Shown: positions 30,013-40,398 of the stretch, piece after piece
Layout: every line of letters begins with the position of its first letter
Position numbering within the stretch: position 1 is the first letter of the stretch
Source: Firmicutes bacterium CAG:582
GTDB taxonomy: Bacteria > Bacillota_I > Bacilli_A > RF39 > UBA660
Assembly (NCBI GenBank): GCA_000435515.1
Contig: FR884184.1
Span: forward strand, 18,941-82,940
Length of the DNA: 64,000 bases
Direction of reading: 5' to 3'
Made by a program: the position numbers and the translations under genes
The notes under the pieces: generated by a model
The model's input: the letters and a program-made list of their open reading frames with translations, nothing else
The model's database searches: none
What the model was told of the DNA's origin: nothing

Positions 30013-31257
30013 ATGAAGAATGTTAAAGTAGTAAAAATCACTGTTGAAGGTGAAGATTGGGAAAAATGCATAGATAAAGCATTCTCAAAAAAGAAAAAAG
30101 ATATAAAAGTAGACGGATTTAGAAAGGGTGCTGTTTCTAAAGAAGTTTATATTAAAAAAGTAGGAATTGAATCCCTTTTTATGGATGCATGTGATATAGC
30201 AGTTAATGAAAGATATGAAAGTGCTTTAAAAGAAGCTGATATTGAACTTGCTTGTGAACCAAGTGTAAATGTTGTATCTGTTGATAAAGATAAATGTGAA
30301 ATTGAATTTACATTTATATCTAAACCAGAAGTTACTCTAGGAGCTTATACTAAACTTGGTGTTAAACGCGAAGAGGTTAAAGTAGAAAAAGAAGAAATTG
30401 AACATGAAATCGATCATATAAAAGAACATATGGCTGAAGTCGTTATTAAAGAAAACGGTACTGTTGAAGAAGGAAATACAGCCGTAATCGACTTTGAAGG
30501 ATTTGTTGATGGCAAGAAACTTGAAGGAGGAACTGGAGCTAATTATCCACTAGAAATTGGTTCAAATACATTTATTCCAGGATTTGAAAGTGGACTTATT
30601 GGTGCTAGTGTTGGAGAAACTCGTGAATTAAATTTAAAATTCCCAGAAAACTACACTGAAGAACTTAAAAACAAGGATGTATTATTTAAAGTTACAGTAA
30701 GAGAGATTAAAGAAAGAGTTATGCCTGAAATGAATAAAGATTTCTTTGAAGATCTAGGAATTGAAGGCGTTGATTCTAAAGAAACTTTAGAAAGTCATGT
30801 TAAAAAAGAACTTGAAGATAGAAAAAATCATGAAGCTGATGACAAATATATTGATGAACTATTACATATCGCAACTGATAATATGAAAGTAGAAATCAAT
30901 AATGAAATAATTGATTCTGAAGTAGAAAGAATGATTCAACAATATAGACAAGAATTAAGCATGCAAGGTGTTAGTCTAGAGCAATATTTATCTATGACAG
31001 GTACTAAACTTGAAGATATGAAATCTATGATGAAACCTCAAGCTATAGCTAGAATTAAGACTAGATATTTACTTGAAGCAATTGTTGATGAAAAGAAAAT
31101 TGAAGTCGAAGAAGAAGCTGTTGAAAAAGAAATTAAAGATGCTTGTGAAAAGTATGGTATTGAAAGAGATGAATTCTTAAAATACGTTGGTGGAGAAGAC
31201 GGAATCAGATACGATTTGAAAATGCGTAAAGCAATTGATATCATTAAAGAGGGTTAA
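30013..31257 (+). CDS. tig: trigger factor
   Basis: N-terminal ribosome-binding region with GFRKG motif (VDGFRKGAVSKEV). FKBP-like middle domain. About 414 aa. Confidence 0.9.
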   Translation: MKNVKVVKITVEGEDWEKCIDKAFSKKKKDIKVDGFRKGAVSKEVYIKKVGIESLFMDACDIAVNERYESALKEADIELACEPSVNVVSVDKDKCEIEFTFISKPEVTLGAYTKLGVKREEVKVEKEEIEHEIDHIKEHMAEVVIKENGTVEEGNTAVIDFEGFVDGKKLEGGTGANYPLEIGSNTFIPGFESGLIGASVGETRELNLKFPENYTEELKNKDVLFKVTVREIKERVMPEMNKDFFEDLGIEGVDSKETLESHVKKELEDRKNHEADDKYIDELLHIATDNMKVEINNEIIDSEVERMIQQYRQELSMQGVSLEQYLSMTGTKLEDMKSMMKPQAIARIKTRYLLEAIVDEKKIEVEEEAVEKEIKDACEKYGIERDEFLKYVGGEDGIRYDLKMRKAIDIIKEG

Positions 31258-31268
31258 TCCTCTTTTTT

Positions 31269-32552
31269 TTATAAATAATTTAGACTTCTTAATTTACTAC
31301 TATTTAGATATACAACACATAAAATGCTTACAATTTCAGATATTATTAATGGATAAATACCAATACTTAAAAGACATGTAACAATCATAATTATAGTTTT
31401 AAAAATGGAACTTATAAGAGTTACTTTCATAGTGTATGCTGAATAATTTAGACCTTGTAAAGTGCTAACTAAAGGGCCTTCTAAATAGAAAATTGGGAAA
31501 AATATTGAAAGTAAATGAATGTAGTCATAACCTTTATTCGTGTTATATACAAGACTTAACACAAAATTTCCTTTGAAAAACACAAATGTACAAAATAAAG
31601 CTCCGATTAAAAATGAAATAATCATACTTTGTCTTAATCTTCTTTTAATATATATTTTATCATTATAATGTTTTGATACTTCTGGTATTAATGTTGTATT
31701 TAGTGCAAGAGTAAAAAATGATGGCATAGTTAGTATCGGAATAACGTATGCATTATATATGGCATATTCACTTTCGATAAAATTTGAAGAATAACCTACG
31801 AATAAGAGCATGTTCGTTAAGATTATTGGTTCTAAAAAGTAACAGATATTACCAATTAATCTTGAAGAAACTGATGGTATAGAGATGCTAAATACATCAT
31901 ATGCAATGTGCTTATCCGGTAAAATATCTGACATGGTAAAATGAGAGTTTTTAGGAGCAAAGAAAAGATATACAATAATCTGTACAAGTTCACATATGGC
32001 AGATATTATTATGTAACCAGTAACGGCATGAGTGGTTGAAATATTCATAAGGTAAGGGACTATTAAAAGAAGTAGAATTAATCTTGCAAGTTGTTCAAAT
32101 ATACTTGATATAGCATTCGGTAGCATGTTTTGCTTTCCAAAATAGTAACCTTTTATTATTCCGGAAATGGTTGTAAAGGGAATGACAAATGAAATTGATA
32201 TTAAGGGATAATATAGATTAGGATTTTTTAATAAATTATTAGCTAAAAATGGAGAAAAAGCAAAAATTATTCCGATCATAACTATGTTAAATAAAAGAGA
32301 AATTGGGATCACTGATGCAAAAATACGTATTCCTCGATAATTATTTCTAGCCATGATAACACTTATAGCATAAGGAAGACCTAGCTGAGTTATTGCGATA
32401 ATAAGTGAATAACTTGGCATAATTAAAGAATATAAATTAATTCCGTCTTTAATAATTCTTGTGAATATTATTTTAATAAAGAAACCTAGAAGTTTTGTAA
32501 CAAGGGTGCCAACAAGTAGAATAATGGTTGATTTGATGAACGTATTTTTCAT
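31269..32552 (-). CDS. MOP-superfamily flippase (SpoVB/MurJ-like polysaccharide/lipid II exporter)
   Basis: About 12 TM helices. N-terminus MKNTFIKSTIILLVGTLVTKLLGF is typical of SpoVB/MurJ-like proteins. Confidence 0.65.
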   Translation of the reverse strand: MKNTFIKSTIILLVGTLVTKLLGFFIKIIFTRIIKDGINLYSLIMPSYSLIIAITQLGLPYAISVIMARNNYRGIRIFASVIPISLLFNIVMIGIIFAFSPFLANNLLKNPNLYYPLISISFVIPFTTISGIIKGYYFGKQNMLPNAISSIFEQLARLILLLLIVPYLMNISTTHAVTGYIIISAICELVQIIVYLFFAPKNSHFTMSDILPDKHIAYDVFSISIPSVSSRLIGNICYFLEPIILTNMLLFVGYSSNFIESEYAIYNAYVIPILTMPSFFTLALNTTLIPEVSKHYNDKIYIKRRLRQSMIISFLIGALFCTFVFFKGNFVLSLVYNTNKGYDYIHLLSIFFPIFYLEGPLVSTLQGLNYSAYTMKVTLISSIFKTIIMIVTCLLSIGIYPLIISEIVSILCVVYLNSSKLRSLNYL

Positions 32553-32631
32553 AACATCCTCCTTTAAATTTAAACCAAAATATTATATAATAATATATGA
32601 AAAAACATTCTTAATTATTAAAGGAGAAAAT

Positions 32632-32889
32632 ATGGAAAAGAAAATTAATACTCAAAGGGATTTATATAATAAAGTGTTACCAGCTTTGAAAACAAAAAGA
32701 CATGAACTCATTTCGGCTGGTATAAAAATAGTTAAAGAAGAAGATATTTGGAATTATAATAAAAATAAAAAATGGAAGAATGCGACATCTTTGACTTTAG
32801 CGGGTATAGTTGATGATATTTTAAATACTGATAATCAAGAATATGAAAATTATGTAGTACAAAAAATAAATAATTTGCAAGGTGAATAA
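32632..32889 (+). CDS. small protein, possible ComN/YrzD-like post-transcriptional regulator (assigned by synteny only)
   Basis: 85-aa ORF with AAAGGAG SD. It sits between a SpoVB-like gene and relA-dtd, as yrzD(comN) neighbours spoVB in B. subtilis. The track ORF from 32461 is an antisense extension without an SD. Confidence 0.35.
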   Translation: MEKKINTQRDLYNKVLPALKTKRHELISAGIKIVKEEDIWNYNKNKKWKNATSLTLAGIVDDILNTDNQEYENYVVQKINNLQGE

Positions 32890-32891
32890 AT

Positions 32892-35039
32892 ATGGAAAAA
32901 TTATACGAAGAACTTTTAAAAAAATGTGAAGAAAACGGTTATAGTGATGAAGAAATCGAAAACATTAAACGCGCTTATGAATTTGCTTATAAGTGTCATA
33001 AGGGTAAAATGCGTAAAAATAATGAGGAGTTTATTACCCATCCTTTAAATGTTGCTTTGATATGTGCTTCTTTAAATGTTGATTCAACAACCATAATTTC
33101 TGCACTTGTTCATGAAACGATTGATAATGGACCATCTTCTTTGGAAGAAATAGAAAGTCTATTTGGAGAAGAAGTTATGCATATTGTTTCATCCTTAATG
33201 AAAGTTAATAGATTAAAACTTACTGATGAATCAGAATCTACTTCTCTTTATTTAAGAAAAGTACTTGTTGCTCTATCAGAGGATGTGCGAGTTTTAATAA
33301 TTAAACTTGCTGGTCGTGTTCATAATATGCGTACGATTTATCCATTTTCAAAGGAAAAGCAAAGACTTAAAGCAATAGAAACTCAAAATGTACTTATTCC
33401 AATTGCTCATAGATTGGGAATAAATCAATTAAAAACAGAACTTGAGGATATATGTTTTAGAGTTTTAAAAAATGAAGATTATAAAAGTGTTGAAGAATCT
33501 TTACCAGCTAGTCGTGAAAAGTTAAATGAGATATTAGAGGAAACAAAAGAAACTATTATTGAAGAGTTAAAACAAAACAATATAAGTTTTGAGATAAAGG
33601 GTAGGGTAAAGAGTAATTCTTCAATATATAACAAATTATCTAAGGGTAAAAAGATGAGTGAAATATATGATATCATTGGACTTAGAATTATTTGTGAGGA
33701 AGAAAGTGAATGTTATTTAATTATTGGTTTAATTCATTCGCTTTATAGACCAATTCCTAAACGTTTTAAAGATTATATTTCGATGCCAAAGGGAAACTCT
33801 TATCAATCATTACATACCGGTGTTTTTGGCCCAGAAGGATTTCCTGTAGAAGTTCAAGTTAGAACAAAAGAAATGAATGAAATTGCAGAACATGGTGTGG
33901 CATCTCACTGGTCATATAAAGAGCATTCTAAACAAATTCAAAATGTTATGGAACAAAAACTGCAAATGTTTAGAAATATAATCGAAGCTAACTCGAATGA
34001 TATAACTGATGATGATACTTTTGCTCAAAACATGAGTGAACTTTTAAGCACTTCAATATATGTTTATACTCCAAAAGGAGATGTTGTTGAACTTCCTGAA
34101 GGCTCTTGCCCAGTGGATTTTGCTTATAGAATTCATTCACGAGTTGGAGATACAACAATTGGAGCAATTGTAAACGATACAATCGTACCATTAGATTACC
34201 ATCTTCAAGATAATGATATAGTTAAAATCATGACAAATGCTCAAAGTGAACCAAATAAGGATTGGTTAAATTTTGTAAAAACAACTCAAGCTAAAGCTAA
34301 AATTAAAGCTTTCTTTTCTAAAAAAGATCGTGAGGAATATATTGAACGTGGTAGAAACTTGCTAGAAAAGGAATTAAAAAGACAACATATCACTGTATCA
34401 TCAGCGTTGGATGATGAACATATAAATAAACTTGTAAGTGATTTAAAAGTTACTAATTTTGATGAAGTATTATTAAATATTGGAGCTTTAAGATATACAC
34501 CAAGTTATATTGTAGATTTAATGTACAATGATAAAAAGAACGTTCAAGATGTTCTTTTGGATAAGGTAATGAATTCAAGCACACTTCCTAAGGTAAATCA
34601 TAAAAATGATATTGTGGTTTCAGGATGCGATGATATTCTTGTTAATCTTGCAAGTTGTTGTAAACCAGTATTTGGTGATGAAATTATAGGATATATCACT
34701 AAAGGACAAGGAATAACTGTTCATAAAAAGGATTGTGTAAATGTTAAAGATCTAAATGAAAGATTGATTGATGTTTATTGGAATGAAAATAGAAATGACG
34801 AAAATAAATATTATATTTCAAAGATAACCGTATATACCAATGGAGTTCAAAATAATATACTTGATATTGTAACTAAATCCACGGTTAGAGGGATAAATAT
34901 TAATAGTATAAATGAAGTTAATAAAGGTGGAAAAGTTTGCTATGATTTAATTTTAAAAGTAAAAAACAAAGCTGATCTTGATAACTTTATAGAAGATTTA
35001 AGAACTTTAAAATTTGTTACAAGCATAAGTAGGTATTAA
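32892..35039 (+). CDS. relA: RelA/SpoT-family (p)ppGpp synthetase, full-length (HD-synthetase-TGS-ACT) with degenerate hydrolase motif
   Basis: Synthetase motifs are intact (GRVKSNSSIYNK, YQSLHTGVFG, EVQVRTKEMNE). The HD motif is altered to HETIDNG (normally HDVVEDT). TGS and ACT regions are present. Confidence 0.9.
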   Translation: MEKLYEELLKKCEENGYSDEEIENIKRAYEFAYKCHKGKMRKNNEEFITHPLNVALICASLNVDSTTIISALVHETIDNGPSSLEEIESLFGEEVMHIVSSLMKVNRLKLTDESESTSLYLRKVLVALSEDVRVLIIKLAGRVHNMRTIYPFSKEKQRLKAIETQNVLIPIAHRLGINQLKTELEDICFRVLKNEDYKSVEESLPASREKLNEILEETKETIIEELKQNNISFEIKGRVKSNSSIYNKLSKGKKMSEIYDIIGLRIICEEESECYLIIGLIHSLYRPIPKRFKDYISMPKGNSYQSLHTGVFGPEGFPVEVQVRTKEMNEIAEHGVASHWSYKEHSKQIQNVMEQKLQMFRNIIEANSNDITDDDTFAQNMSELLSTSIYVYTPKGDVVELPEGSCPVDFAYRIHSRVGDTTIGAIVNDTIVPLDYHLQDNDIVKIMTNAQSEPNKDWLNFVKTTQAKAKIKAFFSKKDREEYIERGRNLLEKELKRQHITVSSALDDEHINKLVSDLKVTNFDEVLLNIGALRYTPSYIVDLMYNDKKNVQDVLLDKVMNSSTLPKVNHKNDIVVSGCDDILVNLASCCKPVFGDEIIGYITKGQGITVHKKDCVNVKDLNERLIDVYWNENRNDENKYYISKITVYTNGVQNNILDIVTKSTVRGININSINEVNKGGKVCYDLILKVKNKADLDNFIEDLRTLKFVTSISRY

Positions 35040-35040
35040 T

Positions 35041-35487
35041 ATGAAGTTAGTTGTGATGCGTAGCAAAAAATCTAGTGTGACAGTTGAAAATGAAACTATT
35101 GGGAAAATTGAATATGGACTTATGATACTTGTTGGAATAAGTGTTGATGACACCTTAGAAGATGTCCAAAAATTAGCTGGTAAAGTTTTAAATTTACGAA
35201 TTTTTGATGATGAAACTGGAGTTATGAATAAGTCAATCTTGGATGTTGGTGGAAGTGTACTTTCAATTTCTCAGTTCACTTTACTTGCTGAAACTAAAAA
35301 AGGAAATCGACCAAGCTATATAAAAGCGATGAAAGGTGAACAAGCTATAGTTTTATATAATGAATTCAATAGAATTTTAAGCGAGCGTGTTCCAGTAGAA
35401 ACCGGTAAGTTTGGTGCTGATATGCAAGTATCAATCTTAAATGATGGTCCAATAACAATCATAATGGATAGTAAAGGTGACAAATAG
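35041..35487 (+). CDS. dtd: D-aminoacyl-tRNA deacylase
   Basis: SQFTL motif and GNRPSY. 148 aa. Classic relA-dtd pair. Confidence 0.9.
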   Translation: MKLVVMRSKKSSVTVENETIGKIEYGLMILVGISVDDTLEDVQKLAGKVLNLRIFDDETGVMNKSILDVGGSVLSISQFTLLAETKKGNRPSYIKAMKGEQAIVLYNEFNRILSERVPVETGKFGADMQVSILNDGPITIIMDSKGDK

Positions 35488-35535
35488 TCACTTTTTTTCT
35501 TTGATTTATGCTATAATAAGTTTGGATGTGATAAT

Positions 35536-36381
35536 ATGAGTAATAAACTTAAAGGATTTTGTTTGATAATTTTGGCAATAGGGGTATTTGTTATGACAGT
35601 CATTTTTAATAACAATGACAATAAGATAGCCACTGAACTTTACAATAATTATGAAAATGTTTCATCAACGGAAGTGAAAGAAGAAAATAATGGCAAATTG
35701 GTTGCTACAAATGGTGAGATTACACTTCTTCAAGAAGAGTTAACCGATGAAGATTTTAATGTATCTGTTTCTTCTGCTGTTTTAAAAAGAAAAGTTGAAG
35801 TATTTGTTTGGACAGAAGAACAAACAACTGAAAACGGACAAACTTCGTATACTTATAGAAAAAAATGGTCAGATGAATTAATAGACTCTTCAAAATTTAG
35901 ATTTCAAGATAGATATATAAATCCAAAGAAAATATCTTATGAATCAAAAACAATTTATAATAATCAAGTTAAACTTGGAGCATTTACCTTAGGTGAAAAT
36001 GAACTTAAACAATTAAGTGTTAAAACAAAGCTTACTCCTAATGTAAATAAAAAGAAACTTCCTAAAGGATTTAGCATTGTAGGAGATTATATAACTGATG
36101 CTAAAAATATTGAATCTCCAGAAGTTGGAAATATAAGAATATCTTATACATATAATGTTGATTCGAGTTTAAGCGTACTTGCAAAACAAAATGGTACATC
36201 TTTTGATTACTATAAAACAAAAAATGAAAAACAAGTAGATGTTTTACTAAGCGGTATAAAAAATGGTGAAGAGATTATTAAGTGTTTTGAAAATAATAAC
36301 TATACTAGAAATAATATTTTAGTCATAATTGCTTTAGTTTTAACGACTTTAGGAATAATTAAATTAATGAAAAAAGAATAG
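35536..36381 (+). CDS. hypothetical bitopic membrane protein
   Basis: N-terminal and C-terminal TM helices with an extracytoplasmic middle region. No family recognised. Confidence 0.5.
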   Translation: MSNKLKGFCLIILAIGVFVMTVIFNNNDNKIATELYNNYENVSSTEVKEENNGKLVATNGEITLLQEELTDEDFNVSVSSAVLKRKVEVFVWTEEQTTENGQTSYTYRKKWSDELIDSSKFRFQDRYINPKKISYESKTIYNNQVKLGAFTLGENELKQLSVKTKLTPNVNKKKLPKGFSIVGDYITDAKNIESPEVGNIRISYTYNVDSSLSVLAKQNGTSFDYYKTKNEKQVDVLLSGIKNGEEIIKCFENNNYTRNNILVIIALVLTTLGIIKLMKKE

Positions 36382-36383
36382 AA

Positions 36384-36737
36384 TTAACTATTCTTTTTTA
36401 AATTGGAAGCCATTGCTCCTAAAGAAGAGGATATAATAATAAGTAAATAAAAGATAATCATATATAATGATAAACCAGTTTTAAATATTAAAGATAGTAA
36501 GAAGAAAATTGCTGAATATAATGTCCCACAAAGAAGACCTTTTGTGTAACCTCTTTCCATTGAAACATCAGCTATCATATATCCATATATGAAAAATATC
36601 GCGATAGTTAGTAATAAATATAATAAAGGAAATATACTTACATTAAATAGATTGATTAAAGAAAATATAATTGTAAGCACCAATATTGAAACTAGAGGAA
36701 CCAAACTTATTTTTAAATATTTTTTCAAAATTATCAC
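36384..36737 (-). CDS. small integral membrane protein
   Basis: 117 aa, three to four hydrophobic helices. Confidence 0.4.
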   Translation of the reverse strand: MIILKKYLKISLVPLVSILVLTIIFSLINLFNVSIFPLLYLLLTIAIFFIYGYMIADVSMERGYTKGLLCGTLYSAIFFLLSLIFKTGLSLYMIIFYLLIIISSSLGAMASNLKKNS

Positions 36738-36769
36738 CTAGTTAAATATATTATTTATTTTTTTAATTA

Positions 36770-37129
36770 TTACAATTTAATAACTTCGTTTGCTGTATGT
36801 GAGTAACTTCTAAGAAGTGGTCCAGCACCCAGTTTTATTCCTCCAAAGTAACGAACCACACATATGAAGACGTTATTTAAATTGTTTCTTTCAATGATGT
36901 TATATATTGGAAGACCAGCTGTGTTGCTTGGTTCTTTATCATCACTTTTTTTCGCTGTATTTTCAAATTTATAGGCATATGGAATATGTCTTGCTTTTTT
37001 ATGTTCAATTTTTAAACTATTTAGGATTTCTTGAACATCTTCAATTGAGTCCAATTCATAATAATATCCAATAAATTTAGATTTTTTTATTTCATAAGTA
37101 TAAGTGTTTAATAGTTTCAAAACAATCAC
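36770..37129 (-). CDS. IMPACT/YigZ-family protein (UPF0029 N-terminal domain only)
   Basis: KSKFIGYYY...HKKARH..YAY...DDKEPSNTAGLPI...VVRYFGGIKLGAGPLLRSY matches the YigZ N-domain signature. Confidence 0.75.
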   Translation of the reverse strand: MIVLKLLNTYTYEIKKSKFIGYYYELDSIEDVQEILNSLKIEHKKARHIPYAYKFENTAKKSDDKEPSNTAGLPIYNIIERNNLNNVFICVVRYFGGIKLGAGPLLRSYSHTANEVIKL

Positions 37130-37194
37130 CTAATTTATAATAACATAAATGAGTAATTATTTGCTATAATAAGAATAAGTTTGGAAGTGATTTA

Positions 37195-38985
37195 ATGCAA
37201 AATGAAAAAATTCATGAAAAACTAAAACTTGTGCCACATTTACCAGGTAGCTATCAAATGAAGGATAAAAATGGGATAATAATATATGTTGGTAAGGCAA
37301 AAGATTTAAAAAATAGATTGTCTTCATACTTTAATGGTCGAGTTACAGGCAAAACTAAAAAGTTAGTTTCAGAGATTGATACTTTTGAATATATTGTTAC
37401 AACAAGCGAATTGGAGTCATTTATTCTAGAAATAAATTTAATAAAAAAATATGATCCAAAATATAATATTTTACTTAAAGATGATAAAAGTTATCCATAC
37501 ATTGAATATAAAAGGAAACCTTATCCAACAGTTAAAGTTGTTAGATATCTTAACGTCAAAAAAAGAGAAAATAAACATTTATTTGGACCTTATGTAAATG
37601 CATCAGCAGCTAGAAAAATGGTAAACTTAATAAATAGACTGTATCCTTTAAAAAAATGCTTAAATGGAAGAGATTTGTGTTTATATTATCACATTCATGA
37701 ATGTTTAGGTTACTGTGTTAAAAAGATTGATGAAGAAACAATTGATAATATGGAAAAACAAATTCTTGGTTTTCTAAATGGAAATGATTCAATTATTATT
37801 GATAAACTGATGGAACAAATAACTCTTGCTAGTGAAAATATGAATTATGAACTTGCTTTAGAACTTAAACAAGATCTTGAATATATAAAAGTAATACAAG
37901 AAAAACAAAGAGTAGAAATAAGTGATAGATCAAGTATGGATTTTATCAATTATTATTTTGAATCAGGTTTTATTTCAATTGAAATTTTCTTTATAAGAGC
38001 TGGAAAATTGGTCGGTGGAAGAAATAAAATAATACCAGTTGTAAGTGACGATGCAATAAGTGATTTAGAGTCTTCGATTGCTGTTTTCTATACTAAAAAT
38101 GAAGTACCTAAATCAATTATTGTTAATAAGGATATGAATACTGAAATTTTATCTGATGCTATTGGAACAAAAGTAATAACAGTTGAAAAAGGCGATAAAA
38201 AGACTTTACTTGATATGGCATATAACAATGCAAAAATCAATTTGAAAAACAATTTTCAAACAATTCAAAATAAGATTGAACGTACAAGTGGAGCTAATGA
38301 AGAATTAGAAAAACTTTTAGGTATGAAAATCAATAGAATTGATTCTTTTGATAACTCAAACTTGTTTGGTACATTTGCAGTATCGGGAATGGTTGTTTTT
38401 AAAGATGGGCTTCCTTCTAAAAAGGATTATCGTAAATATAAAGTAAGTGTAGATAAAAATGATGATTATAATACAATGAAAGAAGTTACTTATAGAAGAT
38501 ATTACCGCGCTTTAGTAGAACATGGGGAAATGCCTGATCTAATATTAGTTGATGGTGGAATAAACCAAATCCATGCCGTAAAAGACACGATTGACTCTTT
38601 ACATTTGAATATAAAAGTTTGTGGTCTTGTAAAAAATGATAAACATAGAACTAATGAACTTTTAGATGGAGATACTTTGGAATCCTATAAAATTGATTAT
38701 ACATCTAATTTGTTCCATTATTTAACACGTATTCAAGATGAAGTTCATAGATTTACAATCAATTATCACAGGGAACTTAGAAGTAAAGGTTCAATTAAGA
38801 GCTTGCTTGATAATGTTGAAGGTATTGGAGATGTAAGAAAAAAGGAACTTATGAAAAAGTATGGTTCTGTTAAAAAAATTAATGAAGCAAGTATTGAAGA
38901 ATTGGACGAAATATTACCTCATAAAGTAAGTGAGTATTTGAAAAACTATTTGAATTCATTTTATAGTAAAGATGAAGAACAATAA
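37195..38985 (+). CDS. uvrC: excinuclease ABC subunit C
   Basis: GIY-YIG (GSYQMKDKNGIIIYVGKAKDLKNRLSSYF), UvrBC-interaction, RNase H-like and (HhH)2 regions. 596 aa. Confidence 0.95.
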   Translation: MQNEKIHEKLKLVPHLPGSYQMKDKNGIIIYVGKAKDLKNRLSSYFNGRVTGKTKKLVSEIDTFEYIVTTSELESFILEINLIKKYDPKYNILLKDDKSYPYIEYKRKPYPTVKVVRYLNVKKRENKHLFGPYVNASAARKMVNLINRLYPLKKCLNGRDLCLYYHIHECLGYCVKKIDEETIDNMEKQILGFLNGNDSIIIDKLMEQITLASENMNYELALELKQDLEYIKVIQEKQRVEISDRSSMDFINYYFESGFISIEIFFIRAGKLVGGRNKIIPVVSDDAISDLESSIAVFYTKNEVPKSIIVNKDMNTEILSDAIGTKVITVEKGDKKTLLDMAYNNAKINLKNNFQTIQNKIERTSGANEELEKLLGMKINRIDSFDNSNLFGTFAVSGMVVFKDGLPSKKDYRKYKVSVDKNDDYNTMKEVTYRRYYRALVEHGEMPDLILVDGGINQIHAVKDTIDSLHLNIKVCGLVKNDKHRTNELLDGDTLESYKIDYTSNLFHYLTRIQDEVHRFTINYHRELRSKGSIKSLLDNVEGIGDVRKKELMKKYGSVKKINEASIEELDEILPHKVSEYLKNYLNSFYSKDEEQ

Positions 38986-39029
38986 AAATTTCTTGAACCA
39001 TATGTTTATTTATTATAAAATTATTATAG

Positions 39030-39482
39030 GTGAGGAATATGAGTAAAGATTTATATAAAAGTAGAAGAATGTATCAAAATCCAATAGTTTTAATTATAGC
39101 AGTTGTCTGTGCAATGATTTTAGCTATATTCGTTATAGATATAGTTTCTAAAAAGGTTTCAATTGCTAAAATAGATAATGATACTAAAACTGTTTTAAAA
39201 GATATCATGGAAGTTGAATCAGAAAAGAGAAAAGAAGTAGCTGAAGAAAAACTGAAAAAACTTGGAAATAATTCTCCAAGTATAAATATTATTGAAAATG
39301 GTGATGTACTTGTTTTAATCAATAATTCTTCTTACTTTACAATTGTTGGAGAATTGTTTAAGAAACCTAAGTATTATACAGCATCATTTAAAGCCTCTTA
39401 CAACGATTATCATGAAATAGTAGTGGAAAAGTATGATGATGGTCTAAACGACTCTAAAAACGATGATATAATAATAAAATAA
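39030..39482 (+). CDS. hypothetical membrane-anchored protein
   Basis: N-terminal TM helix. Its stop lies inside the 32-bp repeat copy 1. Confidence 0.45.
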   Translation: MRNMSKDLYKSRRMYQNPIVLIIAVVCAMILAIFVIDIVSKKVSIAKIDNDTKTVLKDIMEVESEKRKEVAEEKLKKLGNNSPSINIIENGDVLVLINNSSYFTIVGELFKKPKYYTASFKASYNDYHEIVVEKYDDGLNDSKNDDIIIK

Positions 39483-39507
39483 GATATTCGTGTGAATATC
39501 TTTTTAT
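39476..39507 (+). repeat. 32-bp direct repeat copy 1 (contains terminator hairpin gatattc-gtgt-gaatatc plus T5)
   Basis: Identical to 40379..40410. Confidence 0.7.
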
Positions 39508-39531
39508 GTAAAACAATAAAGGTAGGGGATT

Positions 39532-40398
39532 TTGATGATGCAAACAAATACATATATTGAAAGAATAAATAAAGTGAATATTATTATGAAAATTTTGGAC
39601 TCAACTCATGTTATATATACTGGAGAAATGAAAAAGATTGATATAAATGGTTTTAATAAAAGATCACAATCAAAATATATAACAGAAAAAATTGTCGCTG
39701 ATTTCGAATTAATTAATAAACTGATTGATGATTATGACTTAATTAATGCTGCTACTATTTTAAGAGCAACACTGGAAAATATTTTTTATATTATTGCAGT
39801 TAATTATGATAAGAAATTAAAAATTTCATTGGACACTACTATTTCTGATTTTCGAAAAGTTCTTAAAGAGAACGAAAACGATTGTTTTTTTAATAATATA
39901 GACTTAGATTCTTTAAACCGTGCTTATAAGCAATTATGTAAATTTGTTCATCCGTGTTCTATGAAAGAATACTTATCTTGTTTAACAAATACTAAAAAGT
40001 ATAGAAAATATATGCATAACAATATTAAACATATAATGGTTACTATAGAGTATATTTATTTGTCATTTTTATATAAAAATAATGTTGATTCTCTTTATTC
40101 AGTTACCATGCAATTAGCTGTTTTTGCAAATTTTTATAACGTTTCATTATTTCTGCAAGAATCAGAAGGAGATACTTCATTTATAAAAGAATTTATGTTT
40201 AATGACATAGATAATAAATACGTAAAAGAGGTACAAGATACAGTTGAAGAAATAAACGACACTCTAAAATGTGATCCGATGCTGATCGAAAAGCAAATGA
40301 AATTATTGTCTGATGAATTCGATATCTTGGTAGCTCAAACTGAATATTGTGATGTAGTAAATAGTATTTTAAAAAGAAAAAATAAGATATTCGTGTGA
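39532..40398 (+). CDS. hypothetical protein encoded by a repeat-flanked insert
   Basis: 288-aa ORF with AGGTAGGGGA SD. Its TGA stop lies inside the second copy of the hairpin repeat. No family recognised. Confidence 0.5.
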   Translation: MMMQTNTYIERINKVNIIMKILDSTHVIYTGEMKKIDINGFNKRSQSKYITEKIVADFELINKLIDDYDLINAATILRATLENIFYIIAVNYDKKLKISLDTTISDFRKVLKENENDCFFNNIDLDSLNRAYKQLCKFVHPCSMKEYLSCLTNTKKYRKYMHNNIKHIMVTIEYIYLSFLYKNNVDSLYSVTMQLAVFANFYNVSLFLQESEGDTSFIKEFMFNDIDNKYVKEVQDTVEEINDTLKCDPMLIEKQMKLLSDEFDILVAQTEYCDVVNSILKRKNKIFV

